Shown here: one piece after another, positions 12,001 to 19,552 of the stretch
How the letters are laid out: every line of letters starts with the position of its first letter
How positions within the stretch are numbered: the first letter of the stretch is position 1
Assembly (NCBI GenBank): GCA_964383765.1
Contig: CAYLHT010000002.1
Location: 62,774-126,773 of the forward strand
Length of the DNA stretch: 64,000 nt
Origin: an uncultured Gammaproteobacteria bacterium
Lineage (GTDB): Bacteria; Patescibacteriota; Patescibacteriia; SBBC01; CAIJZX01
Reading direction: 5' to 3'
Notes under the pieces: generated by a model
Seen by the model: the letters and a program-made list of their open reading frames with translations, nothing else
Database searches by the model: none
Told to the model about the DNA's origin: nothing
Translations under genes and position numbers: made by a program

Positions 12001-13488
12001 ACGCTGAGCGGCACGAGTAAAACCCTGACCGGCGGATCAGCCACGCTCAACAACCTAACCGTTTCCGGAACCATTACGATTCAAACCAGCGGCGTCACCG
12101 TTGGAAGCACCTTATCGGTGACCGGTACCCTAAGCGGCACGCAAAACGTCACGGTTAATGGTACCGCCAGCGGTTCAGGCACAGTCACCTTGACCGGCGG
12201 GACCTTCGAACAACGAGTCGGGGCCGCACAAAACTTCGGTTCAACCTCGGGGAGTAACGATTGGACGTTCAATAATCTGACCTTCTCGAACTCGTCTGGT
12301 TCCGATCGGACCGTAACTTTTGCCTCAACCGGATCAGGACAAGTGATTGTCAGCGGTACCTTGACCATCGGTAACGGGAGCGATTCGAACGTCACGACCG
12401 TGGATAATGAAACGAATGACCGGGTGATTGACGCGAATGGAGCCGTGGCGATCACGGCCAAGGGTTCGTTGACGGCTTCATCCACGGCCAGCTTCACCGT
12501 GGCTGGCAATTGGACCTTAACAAGCGGGGGAGTCTTTACGGCGGGAACCGGTACGGTCACCATCGACGGGGCCAGCCAGCAAACCCTCACCGGCACGATG
12601 ACCGGTTCGAACAAGTTCAATAATCTGACCATCACGAACAATTCTGGATCCGACCCGGATTCGTCACCATCCGTTATCTTCGCAAATGATCTTGCCACCG
12701 GCGCCACCTTGACCGCGGCGACCGCCGGTACCAAGTTGCGCTTCAACGCCGGTAGTACCTACACCCCAACCGCTATCAACCTGAATGGGCAAAGCACAAG
12801 CACGCCCGTCGTCTTACATAGTTCAAACGCCGGCACCACCTTTACATTCAGCGCCGGCACGGGGAGTCGGACAGTTTCGAATACGTTCGAAAAAGATTCC
12901 GACGCGTGCGGGAGCGACGGGGGAAAGATTGACGCTTCGGACGGAACGAATCATGATGAAGGGAACGATAAATGTTGGGTGTTTGGTAAACTGACCGTCA
13001 GTTTGTCGGCCACCAGTGTCAATTTAGGAGCGCTCAGCTCATCCACCAACAGTTTTGCTGGAATTAGTTCAACCGTCTCGACGACTGCTGCGAACGGGTA
13101 TGTCTCGTTTGTCAAATACGGAGCTACCTTGACTTTTGGCTCAAACACGATCGCGGATGTTTCCGGCTCCGGGGCGGATAATCAAACCGCGGGCATGAAC
13201 CCGGTTGTCAACGGCGGCGCCTTCGGCGTCAACACCTCAAAATCAGGCCAGACAATTACCTTGGCTGATTCCGACACTTCGGGATGCTCTACGAATGGCA
13301 CTGCTGCCACGACGAACAACGCGGTCAGTTCTAAAGCCTTGACCACCAGCTTCCAACAGTATGCCTCGAACTCGAGCGCCACTAACAATGATCCATCTAC
13401 CTTGTGTTTTATCTCGACCGTGGGCGTCTTGAACGTACCGGGTACCTACACTAGCACTGCCACGCTAGTCACGACTGCCAAATTCTGA
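1..13488 (+). CDS. Giant Thr/Gly/Ser/Asn-rich repetitive surface protein (putative adhesin), 5'-truncated, with C-terminal WxL/fimbrial-like domain
   Basis: Frame is open from base 1: DAPDISPALFTLGPL repeats the internal DFPDVSPEFYQLGPL, so the start lies upstream of the window. Long beta-helix-like repeats. The last ~165 aa (12991-13488, ending GTYTSTATLVTTAKF) are homologous to the C-terminus of the next ORF. Confidence 0.9.
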   Translation, partial: DAPDISPALFTLGPLQIGGNSFQGAQWQEPREWQLASDAILTVGDADFTADQTDVIEPLKASYRRDETVDVKIYKSGYRFKGDKVKNGVGKNRPAAVTKISLVRLATGEVENFTTTTNDIVRNGRGLELFHLAPPSRDFHPGQYILQLTLSDGATTSVESRPFAWGVLAVNLRRSIERPNTATQIGLAVLNKYGHTECAVPITLVVTDPDGQSKTLTTKDGSIVRSDTCANGNITNDFDFAAPYTTGGVGTYSLHVSSNTGEGDFSIDDTFEVQNQVDFDVQRTKFSMRIYPYGDPYDQQFTIVANKDYQGPVTERVPLSFDITAISDNGNVVVSADHQDVTWTVDWKAGETHTLGYTVDFPDVSPEFYQLGPLTIGDFQEARQWQIASDATCTIASGTGLNWSTAGWSGCTGGGYPGQNASGDSVQINTGVTITLNVSPANTVANVTIGTSTFNTITTLTFGAGNTLHATGTTTIGATNETANYTIDVAGGTYTADGAITINGGSSSSRLGKLNVGNGAQAAGTITAGGGVTCAGTAADAQIAMTAPSSGTNLFNVTSGAFGSGGAVECTLNASASGNVKMSGSATQTMVNSANYPAVEIATTSSATAQNATTAAAFTFASLTIDSGGKFTKVGATSANMTVTGTSSITGTFTTATAATGTLTFTGAVTVSDPGVLDLSGQNPTVTFTNATLTNNSNTAGSFKTGTGTLTLAASPTFAGSGTGGINLQQATVTIASGSVFTNSITNGTLTFSGSTGLTFSNPTVANTLSLTTGSTTSVTNTMLFTANSSGTVKTMVQMNGNANITVGTLTLQAPSGAGNTNVSEQVTCNAGSGTFTATTVNVTGNSTSTGDAELDMQGCTFTANGLVTLTGGTNATGVALLKGSNGTMNINAGLSEVAGGTITNAKLTTSSTETINFVGTWTGAGTLSLNSGTLTKFTGASTALNAAFGTSTWAKWEVVSGTTTLGATQTITGLQVDAGATLAGATFLLTDKCSGADTSGFRIDGTFSGTSGGAALDTASCVIDGRTSGGGAASIAFTTGTVTVSATMSIGSNANLSVSSTTSFAISGAVTLTNNGTVTTTGTSGITGSVAGSTWTQGTNAVLHFGGNTTTLMSGATLDANTNSGNTVDYSQNGAQTCKVTNYQTLKFSGGGTKTCTITAGTNTIQDLKMTAGSWSPGQNVTVANTLTVEGGTLTTGNFNLTITGTTSITSGTLQLDGTGTKTLQGLVTLNGTGNLTGASAGIVLGSGATAGGITNTSGTVTITGTVTMSTNNGALVSTTAMSITTLTANTASAFTHSGAGGLTVSGTLTVTSPAVLTNTGLVTSTGTLAGTGNFTNGNGGTLHLAATPTITTLSASTNANTVDFNGDAGITIPLVTYWNLTMTPTFNATDRTYTMGTGTTTISNNFTINPTDSTGSGNTLTVTMAGAINVTGLTTIDGSGTVNGVGKLDAVGSNNLTTGTLDIESFGTFLAQTSTVTLNTSTASSTLFTLASSNATFTAGTSTLKMSSDAAETLTSGTFTSGNAFSTLQLVPAITANRTYTFGTGAIAATTFTIQPTNTANTLTVNMAGNITTTGLTTIDGTTATGKLDTVADTNSLTSGTLTVGAKGNLTMTGTAPVLTLNTSTGSSTLFTLTSGGVFSAGTSTVTIQSDGATENLTGGTGSFTSSNAFNTLTLSPTMTSGRAYSFGSNAVTINSGFNVTPAAGSALALTVNLGSGGLTVSGTTTIAPTSSATANLTTTASNYALTTNALTISNAGTFTGNATTTVTVTTDVTINAGGTLSSTSGNLSVGGNFTVNSTGAYTHNSGLLTMTNTVAKSMNGTSTTTLSLYKLTVNVSGTSAVTLNGSYDVTVNNALNVGDSDSLTIATGRTMTAANTITMNTSGTIASSGTGLFVIKDTSTSGPVGGTLSASVRFDASAANIPSTIFIARTYGGAVELYNSSGAHSITAAAGAYTFSSTLTTTESGGTSLSATLSAATGSPAVAVTGTVTIGVNTTLTAPASAIMTAGGAWSNSGTFTSNSGTVKFIGTSSYTVDVGGGSNTFNNVIFDGIGGAWRPNANNFRIDGDFTLTNGTIQGNGGNWIIVKGNIACGATCGSIDMTLNSGTGVFEHLLTSGSKNFGTSVSGDTTNWKFYDLMFDGNATATTSTTPTSPGTITITHQMTIAIAGTTLDAGNRTWILSGTGTGASAPLINAGTLTGNASTFKYTGADATTDIKGTTYYNLTLAPTITTATAYNANGAITATGALSINPTSSGANALTFTLGGTTSFTGLTTITRTTSATSELNTSAASHYNFTTGGLTINAGGTFTGNTSTTVTVNGDITIASSGTLTSTSGNVTTSGTFSNSGVFTHNSGTLTMTGSGKTLTSGGSTLNNVTLSGSITLANATHTIAGNLSLTGGTITAGTSLIDMTGTTKTIDGGSQTLYDLTIDGTTTLQTAAMSVSHVLTISGTKQLTINQDLTLTSNAGTPFVLSGTLAGSNSLYYQKGDTSSASFPTSGTITANIVFDTINGNGGDSFSLIPNRTASAPFGGNVTCYDNPSGVTPICKFLTGTPTISGNLLVADNGNGASLDASSNHPDITISGNVSATGTGGSLSMGSGTWTVGGNFDLTNFASFANNSGTIVLNGNSKTLTTNGQTLFNLTFSGGGTDTLSGTVTAAGNVVLNTSVAAGSLTMTGTKNLTGGTATLDNLTVSGSPVTLQTSNLTVGTLLTVSSSKSLTINSGIVLTLSKTSGTSLTMTSATINGPGKLIYQSTSTFPSDGTLASIPIVRFDLVNVAANGSMVIPQRSDYGAVEVYNNSASNKTLKTNSNTTYTLNGITANLYIYADGGGNTTFDATGAGTVNSPMTVPGNLDFLGTGAGSEIITSGTGTWTVTGTVDFSAAGGGAGTYTATSGNTFVMNGLTKTLTSNGNAFSNLTFSGSGTTTMADSISASGDVVLNGSIGGGSLTMSGVGKNLTGGSATLANLTISNSSGTITLTASNLTVNTVLTINSGANLTLGSGRTLTLSRNNVSASFSLSGTLTGTGTLIYQNFLADNGGTYFPTTGTLAASPNAPTIRFDTANGTLHVPARTDYGTIEAYKNGIANVSVVLGTAASQSLSLSGNLDIQNANATNTLTLDGNTNTPVTMTITGNVTNSVGTGNTTFTMGAGTWTVSGNFDLTNIDSFSNNSGTLALNGSSAKALTSNGQTVFNLTISGAGATTLSDAAIAAGDVILNSTVSAGSLTMNGAGKNLTGGSATLANLTISNGSGTITLTGSDLTVSTVLAISANANLTLASGRVLTLSRNNASASFTLPTNATLTGPGTLVYQNFTADNGGTYFPTTGTLASNPIIRFDTLNGNLHVPARTDYGSIEAYGDAGISAARTVTLGTASSQTITTSGYLDVIANSNTGGRNVTLNGSTNDPTLNVGGDFAFTGTGSTSEAVTAPDASATWTVTGNFDLTNGTWTAGAETLKMNGTANLKAAGQTIKNVTIDGTNSTVTVTGSDLTVSGTLTIGGDAAANTDVLSIGSGRQVLSGTAGAVTLTDATDTISGSGTLNVENSNLSDQGTLSANVTYTIVSSDINATARTYGANLTFDNTNGGGSVFLSTGTFAVTGNMSYVCSFNCDAVFLDGGDFNPFVTIGGSFSVTDPGNASSMSMGNQTWTVSGSFNLTGLGSLSATGTLLMNGTGTLTSNSLSLNNVTLDTSGGGTITLANAAQSIAGNLVLTSGGTLTDAGTSTEVDMTGTNKTITGAGKTLRNLTIAGTITLQTTDLTVSTLLTVNTSKSLTINSSRTLTLSGNSGTTLSLSGTINGPGTLTYQNSATAFPAGGALASILIARFDLVNVSSGGSMVIPQRADYGAVEAYNNSSNNKTLKTNSNSTYTLTGSTANLYIYADGTGNTTFDATGATTVNSPMTIGGNLDFRGTGSGSEAITSGTGTWTVSGSVDFSAAGGGSGTYTATSGNTLVMNGTSKTLTTNANSLDNVTFSGSTTTTLADSVTATGNVVLNNTISAGSTTMTLSGTSKTLTGGSATLNNLTVSGTITIQTSGVTVGSTLSVTGTLSGTQNVTVNGTASGSGTVTLTGGTFEQRVGAAQNFGSTSGSNDWTFNNLTFSNSSGSDRTVTFASTGSGQVIVSGTLTIGNGSDSNVTTVDNETNDRVIDANGAVAITAKGSLTASSTASFTVAGNWTLTSGGVFTAGTGTVTIDGASQQTLTGTMTGSNKFNNLTITNNSGSDPDSSPSVIFANDLATGATLTAATAGTKLRFNAGSTYTPTAINLNGQSTSTPVVLHSSNAGTTFTFSAGTGSRTVSNTFEKDSDACGSDGGKIDASDGTNHDEGNDKCWVFGKLTVSLSATSVNLGALSSSTNSFAGISSTVSTTAANGYVSFVKYGATLTFGSNTIADVSGSGADNQTAGMNPVVNGGAFGVNTSKSGQTITLADSDTSGCSTNGTAATTNNAVSSKALTTSFQQYASNSSATNNDPSTLCFISTVGVLNVPGTYTSTATLVTTAKF

Positions 13489-13495
13489 TCGGGCT

Positions 13496-13524
13496 TTGAC
13501 CTTTTTTCAAAAACATGCTATACT
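13496..13524 (+). promoter_or_regulatory. Near-consensus sigma70 promoter for the downstream secreted subunit gene
   Basis: TTGACC (13496-13501), 17-bp spacer, TATACT (13519-13524) preceded by extended TG (13516-13517). Confidence 0.8.
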
Positions 13525-13566
13525 GTGAATAAGTTTCAACATAAACAAAAAGAAAAAAGTTTTTTT

Positions 13567-14643
13567 ATGGCTAATCTTAGCGTCATGACCAAACACCAAC
13601 GGTTTGTACTCGCCCGTATCGTGGCTGGACTCAGTGCAGCGGCATTGTTGTTTTCGTTGAGCCCACAAGTCACGTTTGCGACTGGGGTTCTGACCACACC
13701 GCGTATTTATCTTGGCCGTGAGCAAGCCGGGTTAACGACCGGTGAATCGTTCCAGATTTTCTTCACCCCAGCCACCGCCGTCAGCGGGGGGGCCGGCAAC
13801 AATAAAGTTATCCTCGTCTTCACCGGTGCAAACGGGACCTGGTGTAATACCGTCGGAACTGGCGATTTAGTCGTCACCGGTATCGCTAACCCAACCGGTG
13901 CGACGGAAAGCGCCACGAGTTTACCCGGCGCCTCACTTACCGGAGCGTGTACGAAGAACCCTGACACCTTTACTCTCAGCGGGGTCAACAACCTGAGCGG
14001 CGGCGGAGCAACCAAGTATGGGGTCCAGGTTGTCGAAGCCAGCTCAACCAAGATCGGAAGCGCATCAGCGGCGAACGATATTCAAGTCACGATCAAGACG
14101 AACAACGGGTCAGCTGACGTCGACACCGGTACGCTTGCCCTATCGACAATTACTAGCGATCAAGTTGCCGTTACAGCTACGGTCAACCCCTCACTGACGG
14201 TCACCTTAAGTCCGACGTCGGCCGCCCTCGGAACTCTGGACCTAACCCATGTCAACCAAGCCGGCGTGACCAGTACTGTCACCACCAATGCCTCCAGCGG
14301 GTATAACTCATCGGTCAAATATGACGCCACCCTCACGTCCGGCTCGGATACCATCGGCGACGCTTCGGGTGGAACGATTGTGGCCGGTACCGATTCTGAA
14401 TTTGGCGCGTCCTCATCACAATCTGGAAATACTATTGCCCAGTGGAATCCGACGAGTTGTTCAACCACAACCACAACCTCGAACGCGACGGCCTTATCGA
14501 CCTCCTTCAAGACTTTTGCCTCGGGGACCGGTCCGGTGAACGCCGAAGGGACAACACTGTGTTTCTTAGCCGGAATTAATGTCAGCACTAAAGCAGGCAG
14601 CTATACCAGCACGGCGACGGTCGTCGCCACGGCTAAATTTTAG
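13567..14643 (+). CDS. Secreted two-domain protein with C-terminal WxL/fimbrial-like domain (putative major fibre subunit)
   Basis: Signal peptide ending near VTFA. N-domain homologous to the N-domain of 15653..16966; C-domain ends GSYTSTATVVATAKF like the giant protein. ATG 13567 preferred over GTG 13525, which abuts the -10 box. Confidence 0.85.
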   Translation: MANLSVMTKHQRFVLARIVAGLSAAALLFSLSPQVTFATGVLTTPRIYLGREQAGLTTGESFQIFFTPATAVSGGAGNNKVILVFTGANGTWCNTVGTGDLVVTGIANPTGATESATSLPGASLTGACTKNPDTFTLSGVNNLSGGGATKYGVQVVEASSTKIGSASAANDIQVTIKTNNGSADVDTGTLALSTITSDQVAVTATVNPSLTVTLSPTSAALGTLDLTHVNQAGVTSTVTTNASSGYNSSVKYDATLTSGSDTIGDASGGTIVAGTDSEFGASSSQSGNTIAQWNPTSCSTTTTTSNATALSTSFKTFASGTGPVNAEGTTLCFLAGINVSTKAGSYTSTATVVATAKF

Positions 14644-14652
14644 ACCAAGTCC

Positions 14653-15645
14653 ATGTCACGGAGGATTGCCTGGCCCATCTCGGTACTGGCGGTTGTGTCC
14701 CTGGCGGTTGCTTTTAGCAAGCCGGCCCGAGCCTTAACCCTGGTCCCGCCGAGTCTTGAATTTTCTGTTCAAAAAGGCGAAACCGTAAAAACTGAGATTA
14801 AGCTCTACAATGAGACGAGTCAGCCTCAGACCCTCTTCCCGTCGACGGCCAATTTTACCGCCGGGGATGAAGACGGAACACCGAATTTTGATCCTGATTC
14901 AAAGCAGGTTGACCTAGCCAGCTGGATCAAAGTCGACAAAGCATCATACACGCTCGACAGTAATCAACAGGTGACCGTGGCAGTCACGATCGCGGTTCCG
15001 GCCAACGCCGATCCCGGCGGGCACTACGCCGCCCTGTTCTTTGGCAATGCACCGGCGGCGACCACCGGTTCAGGCGTGGCAGTCCAATCCAAAATCGGCA
15101 CCTTGGTCATCTTGCGCGTTGAAGGTCAAATTAACGAATCGGCCTCCGTCACGAGCTTTGTGATCAAAGGTCAGAAGAAAACTCTGACTCGGCCGCCGGT
15201 CTCGCTCGAAGCCGTCATCCAAAACCAGGGTAACGTTCACGTCCGACCCGAAGGCACCATCACGATTCACAATATGATTGGCGGGCAAACAACCAGCCTG
15301 GTCTTCAATAGTGCTCGGGGAGCAATTCTACCGAATTCGTCCCGGCGCTTTGACGTTACCTGGCAAAAGGGCACTATTGATGAAACCCCGGGCAGCTTCT
15401 TCCATGAAGTCGCGGCCGAATGGCACAATTTCGCCCTCGGGACGTACACGGCCTCATTGGCGGTGACCTACGGAACGAATCAGCAAGCCTTATCGAGTGA
15501 TGTCCGCTTCACGATTTTCCCCTGGCAACTCCTACTGGTCTTGCTGATTATCATCGTGGCGGTCGTGATCTTGCTGACTCTCGGGATTCGCAATTACAAC
15601 GCCATGATCATCAAGCGGGCCGAACGGGGTCCGGGCAAAGGCTAA
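14653..15645 (+). CDS. WxL-interacting-protein-like (DUF916/DUF3324-like) membrane-anchored protein
   Basis: Signal peptide; motifs VPANADPGGHYAAL, QNQGNVHVRPEGTITI, ILPNSSRRF, GTYTASL; C-terminal PWQLL transmembrane helix and basic tail. Confidence 0.75.
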   Translation: MSRRIAWPISVLAVVSLAVAFSKPARALTLVPPSLEFSVQKGETVKTEIKLYNETSQPQTLFPSTANFTAGDEDGTPNFDPDSKQVDLASWIKVDKASYTLDSNQQVTVAVTIAVPANADPGGHYAALFFGNAPAATTGSGVAVQSKIGTLVILRVEGQINESASVTSFVIKGQKKTLTRPPVSLEAVIQNQGNVHVRPEGTITIHNMIGGQTTSLVFNSARGAILPNSSRRFDVTWQKGTIDETPGSFFHEVAAEWHNFALGTYTASLAVTYGTNQQALSSDVRFTIFPWQLLLVLLIIIVAVVILLTLGIRNYNAMIIKRAERGPGKG

Positions 15646-15652
15646 ATTTTCC

Positions 15653-16966
15653 ATGGTCGGACGGTCACGAGTCGCGTGGTCGCTCGTGGTTACCGCCGCC
15701 ATGTTGGTGTTGGCTCGACCGGCCATGGCAGGCAGTTTGAACCACCTGCGGGATTACGTTAGTCGTCAACAAGCCAATCTGACCAGCGGTGAACGACACC
15801 AAGTGTTTTTTAGTCCGATCACCTCCTTGCCCGGCAGTAGTAATACGGTGGTCTATCAGTTTCCTGATGCCGATGACGGATCGTGGTGTCGGGGCGCGGG
15901 CAGCGATCTGGTCGTAGTCGGAATCACCGATCCGGAAGGGGCAACTGAGGGTGCGACTGCCTTGCCCGGAACGTTGACCGGCGCCTGCACGATCGGGAGT
16001 GGGACGGGGAGTTTCGATACCATTACGATTACTGGCGTAGGGCCGCTGACCGCCGGAACTGTGTATGGGTGGTCAGCCAGTGATGGCTCAAGTGCCAAGC
16101 TCGGCACGCCGCCCCCTGCCCAAGGGATCATGGTCACACTCAGTACCACCAATGGCGTCTCCACCGTGGACACAGAAACCTTTTTTATCTCGGTCACCAC
16201 CAATGATCAAGTGCTAGTGACTGCGACGGTTGCCAATACCACGCCTCCATCACCCACCAATCCGGTGATAACCTTCTCTGGATTCAGCGCGCCAGATGCT
16301 CGCGTGACCATTAGCCGGGATGATCAAGCGCTGCAAACGAGTTCCGCCGACAGCCAAGCGAACTTTTCCATCACCTTGTCCGACCAGCCGACGGGCAGTC
16401 ATGTGTATGTGGTCAGTGGGCGTGATGCTGACGGCCATACCCTCGCCAGCGTGACCTTCGCCCTGAGTTTACAACTCAGCACAACGACACTTGTCAACGG
16501 TGTCTTTCTCGGGCCCTCAATCGGCATTGATCATGCTTCGGTTTTGCTCGGTTCACCGGTCACCATTTTTGGTACGACTGTGCCGTCGAGTGCGGTGACG
16601 TTGACGGTCAATTCAGTGTCGGCCAAGTCGGTGACTGTCACGGCTGGCAGCACCGGAGCCTGGTCAGCCGTCATTCAAACCAGCGACTTGAGCGTTGGAA
16701 CGCATACCGCCAAGGCCCGGAGCGTGTCGGCCGGAACAGTTTCCAGCTTTAGCCAGATCATTAGTTTTAGCGTGGGCAGCAATCCCGCCTTTGGCAAACT
16801 CCCATCTGACATTAATGTCGATGGCCACGTCAATATTGTCGATTTTAGTATCATGTTGTTCTACTGGTTACAGCGCGCGCCAGCCAATGTTCGCGTCGAT
16901 ATTAATGGCGACGGGATCGTGAACCTGATTGACTTTAGTATTCTCTTGTACCAATGGACCGACTAA
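15653..16966 (+). CDS. Secreted protein: shared N-domain, two Ig-like domains, C-terminal dockerin
   Basis: Signal peptide; duplicated Ca-binding dockerin motifs DINVDGHVNIVDFSIML and DINGDGIVNLIDFSILL at the C-terminus. Confidence 0.85.
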   Translation: MVGRSRVAWSLVVTAAMLVLARPAMAGSLNHLRDYVSRQQANLTSGERHQVFFSPITSLPGSSNTVVYQFPDADDGSWCRGAGSDLVVVGITDPEGATEGATALPGTLTGACTIGSGTGSFDTITITGVGPLTAGTVYGWSASDGSSAKLGTPPPAQGIMVTLSTTNGVSTVDTETFFISVTTNDQVLVTATVANTTPPSPTNPVITFSGFSAPDARVTISRDDQALQTSSADSQANFSITLSDQPTGSHVYVVSGRDADGHTLASVTFALSLQLSTTTLVNGVFLGPSIGIDHASVLLGSPVTIFGTTVPSSAVTLTVNSVSAKSVTVTAGSTGAWSAVIQTSDLSVGTHTAKARSVSAGTVSSFSQIISFSVGSNPAFGKLPSDINVDGHVNIVDFSIMLFYWLQRAPANVRVDINGDGIVNLIDFSILLYQWTD

Positions 16967-18078
16967 AACTGCTTGCCATCGGAGTGGTTATCGGTGGGTT
17001 GGCAATCTGGACCCGACCGGCTATGGCGGCGACCCCGACAACCCGCCTGGTTGGACCAACCGGCATTATTCGGAGCGGTGATACGATTGCGGTGGAGGTC
17101 AGGATTGATAGCGCTGGACGACTGGTGAACACGATTGACCTCCACGTGGCCTATAGTCCGACCTATCTGCAGATTATCCGGGTGGAACGCCAAGATCGTA
17201 TCTGGACGCTGTGGCCGAATAGTCCCAGTTGGGATAACCACACCGGGCAACTCGAACTGAGCGCCGGTCGTCCGCATGGGTTAGTGGCGATTGACGCCAG
17301 CGTCGCGACCGTTTTGTTTCGAGTCATGGCCGCCGGCTTGACGTCTGTGATTATCTCCCAACCCGCTTCAGCCGTGTACTTGAATGATGGGTTGGGAACC
17401 CGAGTCGGCGCGACCGGCGCCCATCTAGATGTCCCGATTGGAGATAGTCTCGTGCCGGTCATTCAACTTGATCCCGCAACTACCCCAGTCCCGGATGCCT
17501 GGTCTGCCAACGATCGGGTCAAGATTGTTTGGCCGGTTGAATCAGGCACGGTCTATAGTTATCGCTGGTCGAATGTGGTTGAAGATCAACCGGACGATAC
17601 TCCGGAAACCAATCCCGGTACCTTTGTTCAAGACCAGGTGGATGATGGCGTCTATTTCTTTACCATCAAAAGCAAGCTCGGGGATGGGTTATGGTCGCGG
17701 GTCAGTCAATTTCGCTTTCTGATTGACCGCCAACCACCGGCCGCGTTCGAGATCTTCGCTCTCCCGGCCTATCAAACCGGCGGCCAAGCCACGATTAGCT
17801 GGTCAACCACAGACCAGACGTCTGGAGTGGCAGAGTATCGTGTATTGATCAATGGCCATGATCGGGGTTCGGTCACCAGCCCGTTGGTGCTCGATCCCGA
17901 ATGGTCGGGCACGCGGCTAACCATTCGGGCGCTGGATGGCGCCGGTAACGAACGTCTGGCTGAGTTCAAGGTACCCGGGATTCGTCAATCCTGGGCGGGC
18001 GCGATTGCCGCTGGGGCGAGCCTCGCGATCGGCATCAGCGCGTGGGCGATCAGGCGAAAATCTCGCCGGGCAGTGTGA
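16954..18078 (+). CDS. Cohesin-like domain protein with C-terminal membrane anchor
   Basis: Signal peptide; N-domain similar to the two following ORFs (VYLNDGLGT versus VLRNDGQGT and VLANDGQGT); DGVYFFTIK Ig-like module; C-terminal hydrophobic helix plus RRKSRR. Confidence 0.75.
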   Translation: MDRLKLLAIGVVIGGLAIWTRPAMAATPTTRLVGPTGIIRSGDTIAVEVRIDSAGRLVNTIDLHVAYSPTYLQIIRVERQDRIWTLWPNSPSWDNHTGQLELSAGRPHGLVAIDASVATVLFRVMAAGLTSVIISQPASAVYLNDGLGTRVGATGAHLDVPIGDSLVPVIQLDPATTPVPDAWSANDRVKIVWPVESGTVYSYRWSNVVEDQPDDTPETNPGTFVQDQVDDGVYFFTIKSKLGDGLWSRVSQFRFLIDRQPPAAFEIFALPAYQTGGQATISWSTTDQTSGVAEYRVLINGHDRGSVTSPLVLDPEWSGTRLTIRALDGAGNERLAEFKVPGIRQSWAGAIAAGASLAIGISAWAIRRKSRRAV

Positions 18079-18094
18079 TATACTCAAGGTGAGT

Positions 18095-19552
18095 ATGCGC
18101 CGACTCGAAAGCATCTTGACGCATCGCTGGTTGCTCAAACCAGCCGTAACTGGCGGAGTGGTCGCCGCAATTTTTTTGTTGAATGTCCACGGGGCTGACG
18201 CGACTGGAGCCAGTTTGAAAATTTCTCCGCTGACCGGAACCTATGAAGTCGGGAGTACGGTCGATGTTTCGTTTTTAGTAGACACCGGCGGCGACGCGAT
18301 CAATGCTGTCCAAGCTGATATTCAATTTCCGGCCGATAAACTCCAAGTGGTCAACCCGGTGGCCAGTACCTCGTTCATTTCGATCTGGGTGACGACGCCG
18401 ACTTATTCGAATACCGACGGGACCATTCACTTCCAAGGCGGTTTACCCAACCCCGGAATCAAGACCGGCGGTGGCGTCATTAGTACAGTTACATTTCGGG
18501 TCAAAACTCCGGGGCAGGCTATCATTAAGTTTGCGCCCACCTCGCAGGTCTTACGCAACGACGGTCAGGGGACCAATATTCTGACCAGCACCGGTACGGC
18601 CGAGTATACGCTCAAGACGCCGCCACCAGCCGGGCCGGTGGTCTCGAGTCCAACCCATCCGGATGGTAACCAGTGGTACAGCAATCCGGACATTCAGTTT
18701 ACCTGGGAAGCGATCGATGGAGCGGTAGGCTATAGTTATAGCTTTGATCAAGTAGCAAAATCGACACCAGATGAGAGCATTGATACGGCCCAGTCAGCCA
18801 CCAGCGTGAAAGCTACTGGCGACGGCGTCTGGTATTTCCATGTTCGCGCTCGAACGACCAGTTGGGGCGGGACCACAACCTATCCCGTGCAGATTGATAC
18901 CACGCCGCCAGCCGCCTTCACGCCGAAACTGGACAGTGAAACGATTGTCCCGGACGATTCAACCACCTTACGTTTTTTGACTTCAGATGCCGCCTCCGGA
19001 ATTGATCATTACGAGGTCAGACAGGTGACGGTTGATGCTGGGCCCGATATCAATACCTTGTTCGTCGAAGCCAGTAGTCCGTACGTCGTCAAACCCGTCG
19101 CGGCCGGTAAGTATGAACTTCAAGTCCGAGCCTTTGATCGGGCCGGCAATTCGACGGATGGGACCGTCCGTTTGTCCGTCGTGGCGGGAGGTTTGCCATT
19201 CTTTGCGCGCGTCCCACTCTTGAAGAATCCGGCCATTGCCAACGCCGCCATGTTGGGGTTGCTGATCGCGGTGGTCCTAATGCTCGGATATTTAGTCGTC
19301 CGGCGTCTCCGTCTGCGCACGACGGTCCAGCGTGACGTGGCGGCCCTCGAACGGGATGCCGAGAAAAAAGCGGCTGCCCTCCAACGCGAGTTGGATGCCT
19401 TGCGGCAAGCCCAGCAAATGATTCAACCGGCCGTCGGCGCTCCCGCCCCATCGAGTGGAACCATGACGACGACGCCGTCCGCCCCGGTGCCCCCAACTGT
19501 GCCACCGTCCGCTCCAGTCGTCCCACCCCCACCCCCAGTGCCATCGCTATGA
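18095..19552 (+). CDS. Cohesin-like domain protein, membrane anchored, with coiled-coil and Pro-rich tail
   Basis: AINAVQADIQFPADKL...GTIHFQGGLPNPG cohesin-like segment; TM helix near the C-terminus. Extended -10 TGaTATACT at 18076-18084 supports a start at 18095 (or GTG 18089) rather than 17936. Confidence 0.8.
   Translation: MRRLESILTHRWLLKPAVTGGVVAAIFLLNVHGADATGASLKISPLTGTYEVGSTVDVSFLVDTGGDAINAVQADIQFPADKLQVVNPVASTSFISIWVTTPTYSNTDGTIHFQGGLPNPGIKTGGGVISTVTFRVKTPGQAIIKFAPTSQVLRNDGQGTNILTSTGTAEYTLKTPPPAGPVVSSPTHPDGNQWYSNPDIQFTWEAIDGAVGYSYSFDQVAKSTPDESIDTAQSATSVKATGDGVWYFHVRARTTSWGGTTTYPVQIDTTPPAAFTPKLDSETIVPDDSTTLRFLTSDAASGIDHYEVRQVTVDAGPDINTLFVEASSPYVVKPVAAGKYELQVRAFDRAGNSTDGTVRLSVVAGGLPFFARVPLLKNPAIANAAMLGLLIAVVLMLGYLVVRRLRLRTTVQRDVAALERDAEKKAAALQRELDALRQAQQMIQPAVGAPAPSSGTMTTTPSAPVPPTVPPSAPVVPPPPPVPSL

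Noticed and set aside
1479-13388. Many long minus-strand Val/Pro-rich ORFs (for example 1785..3383)
   Set aside because: Antisense shadows of the Thr/Gly/Asn codon bias of the giant gene; no independent motifs.
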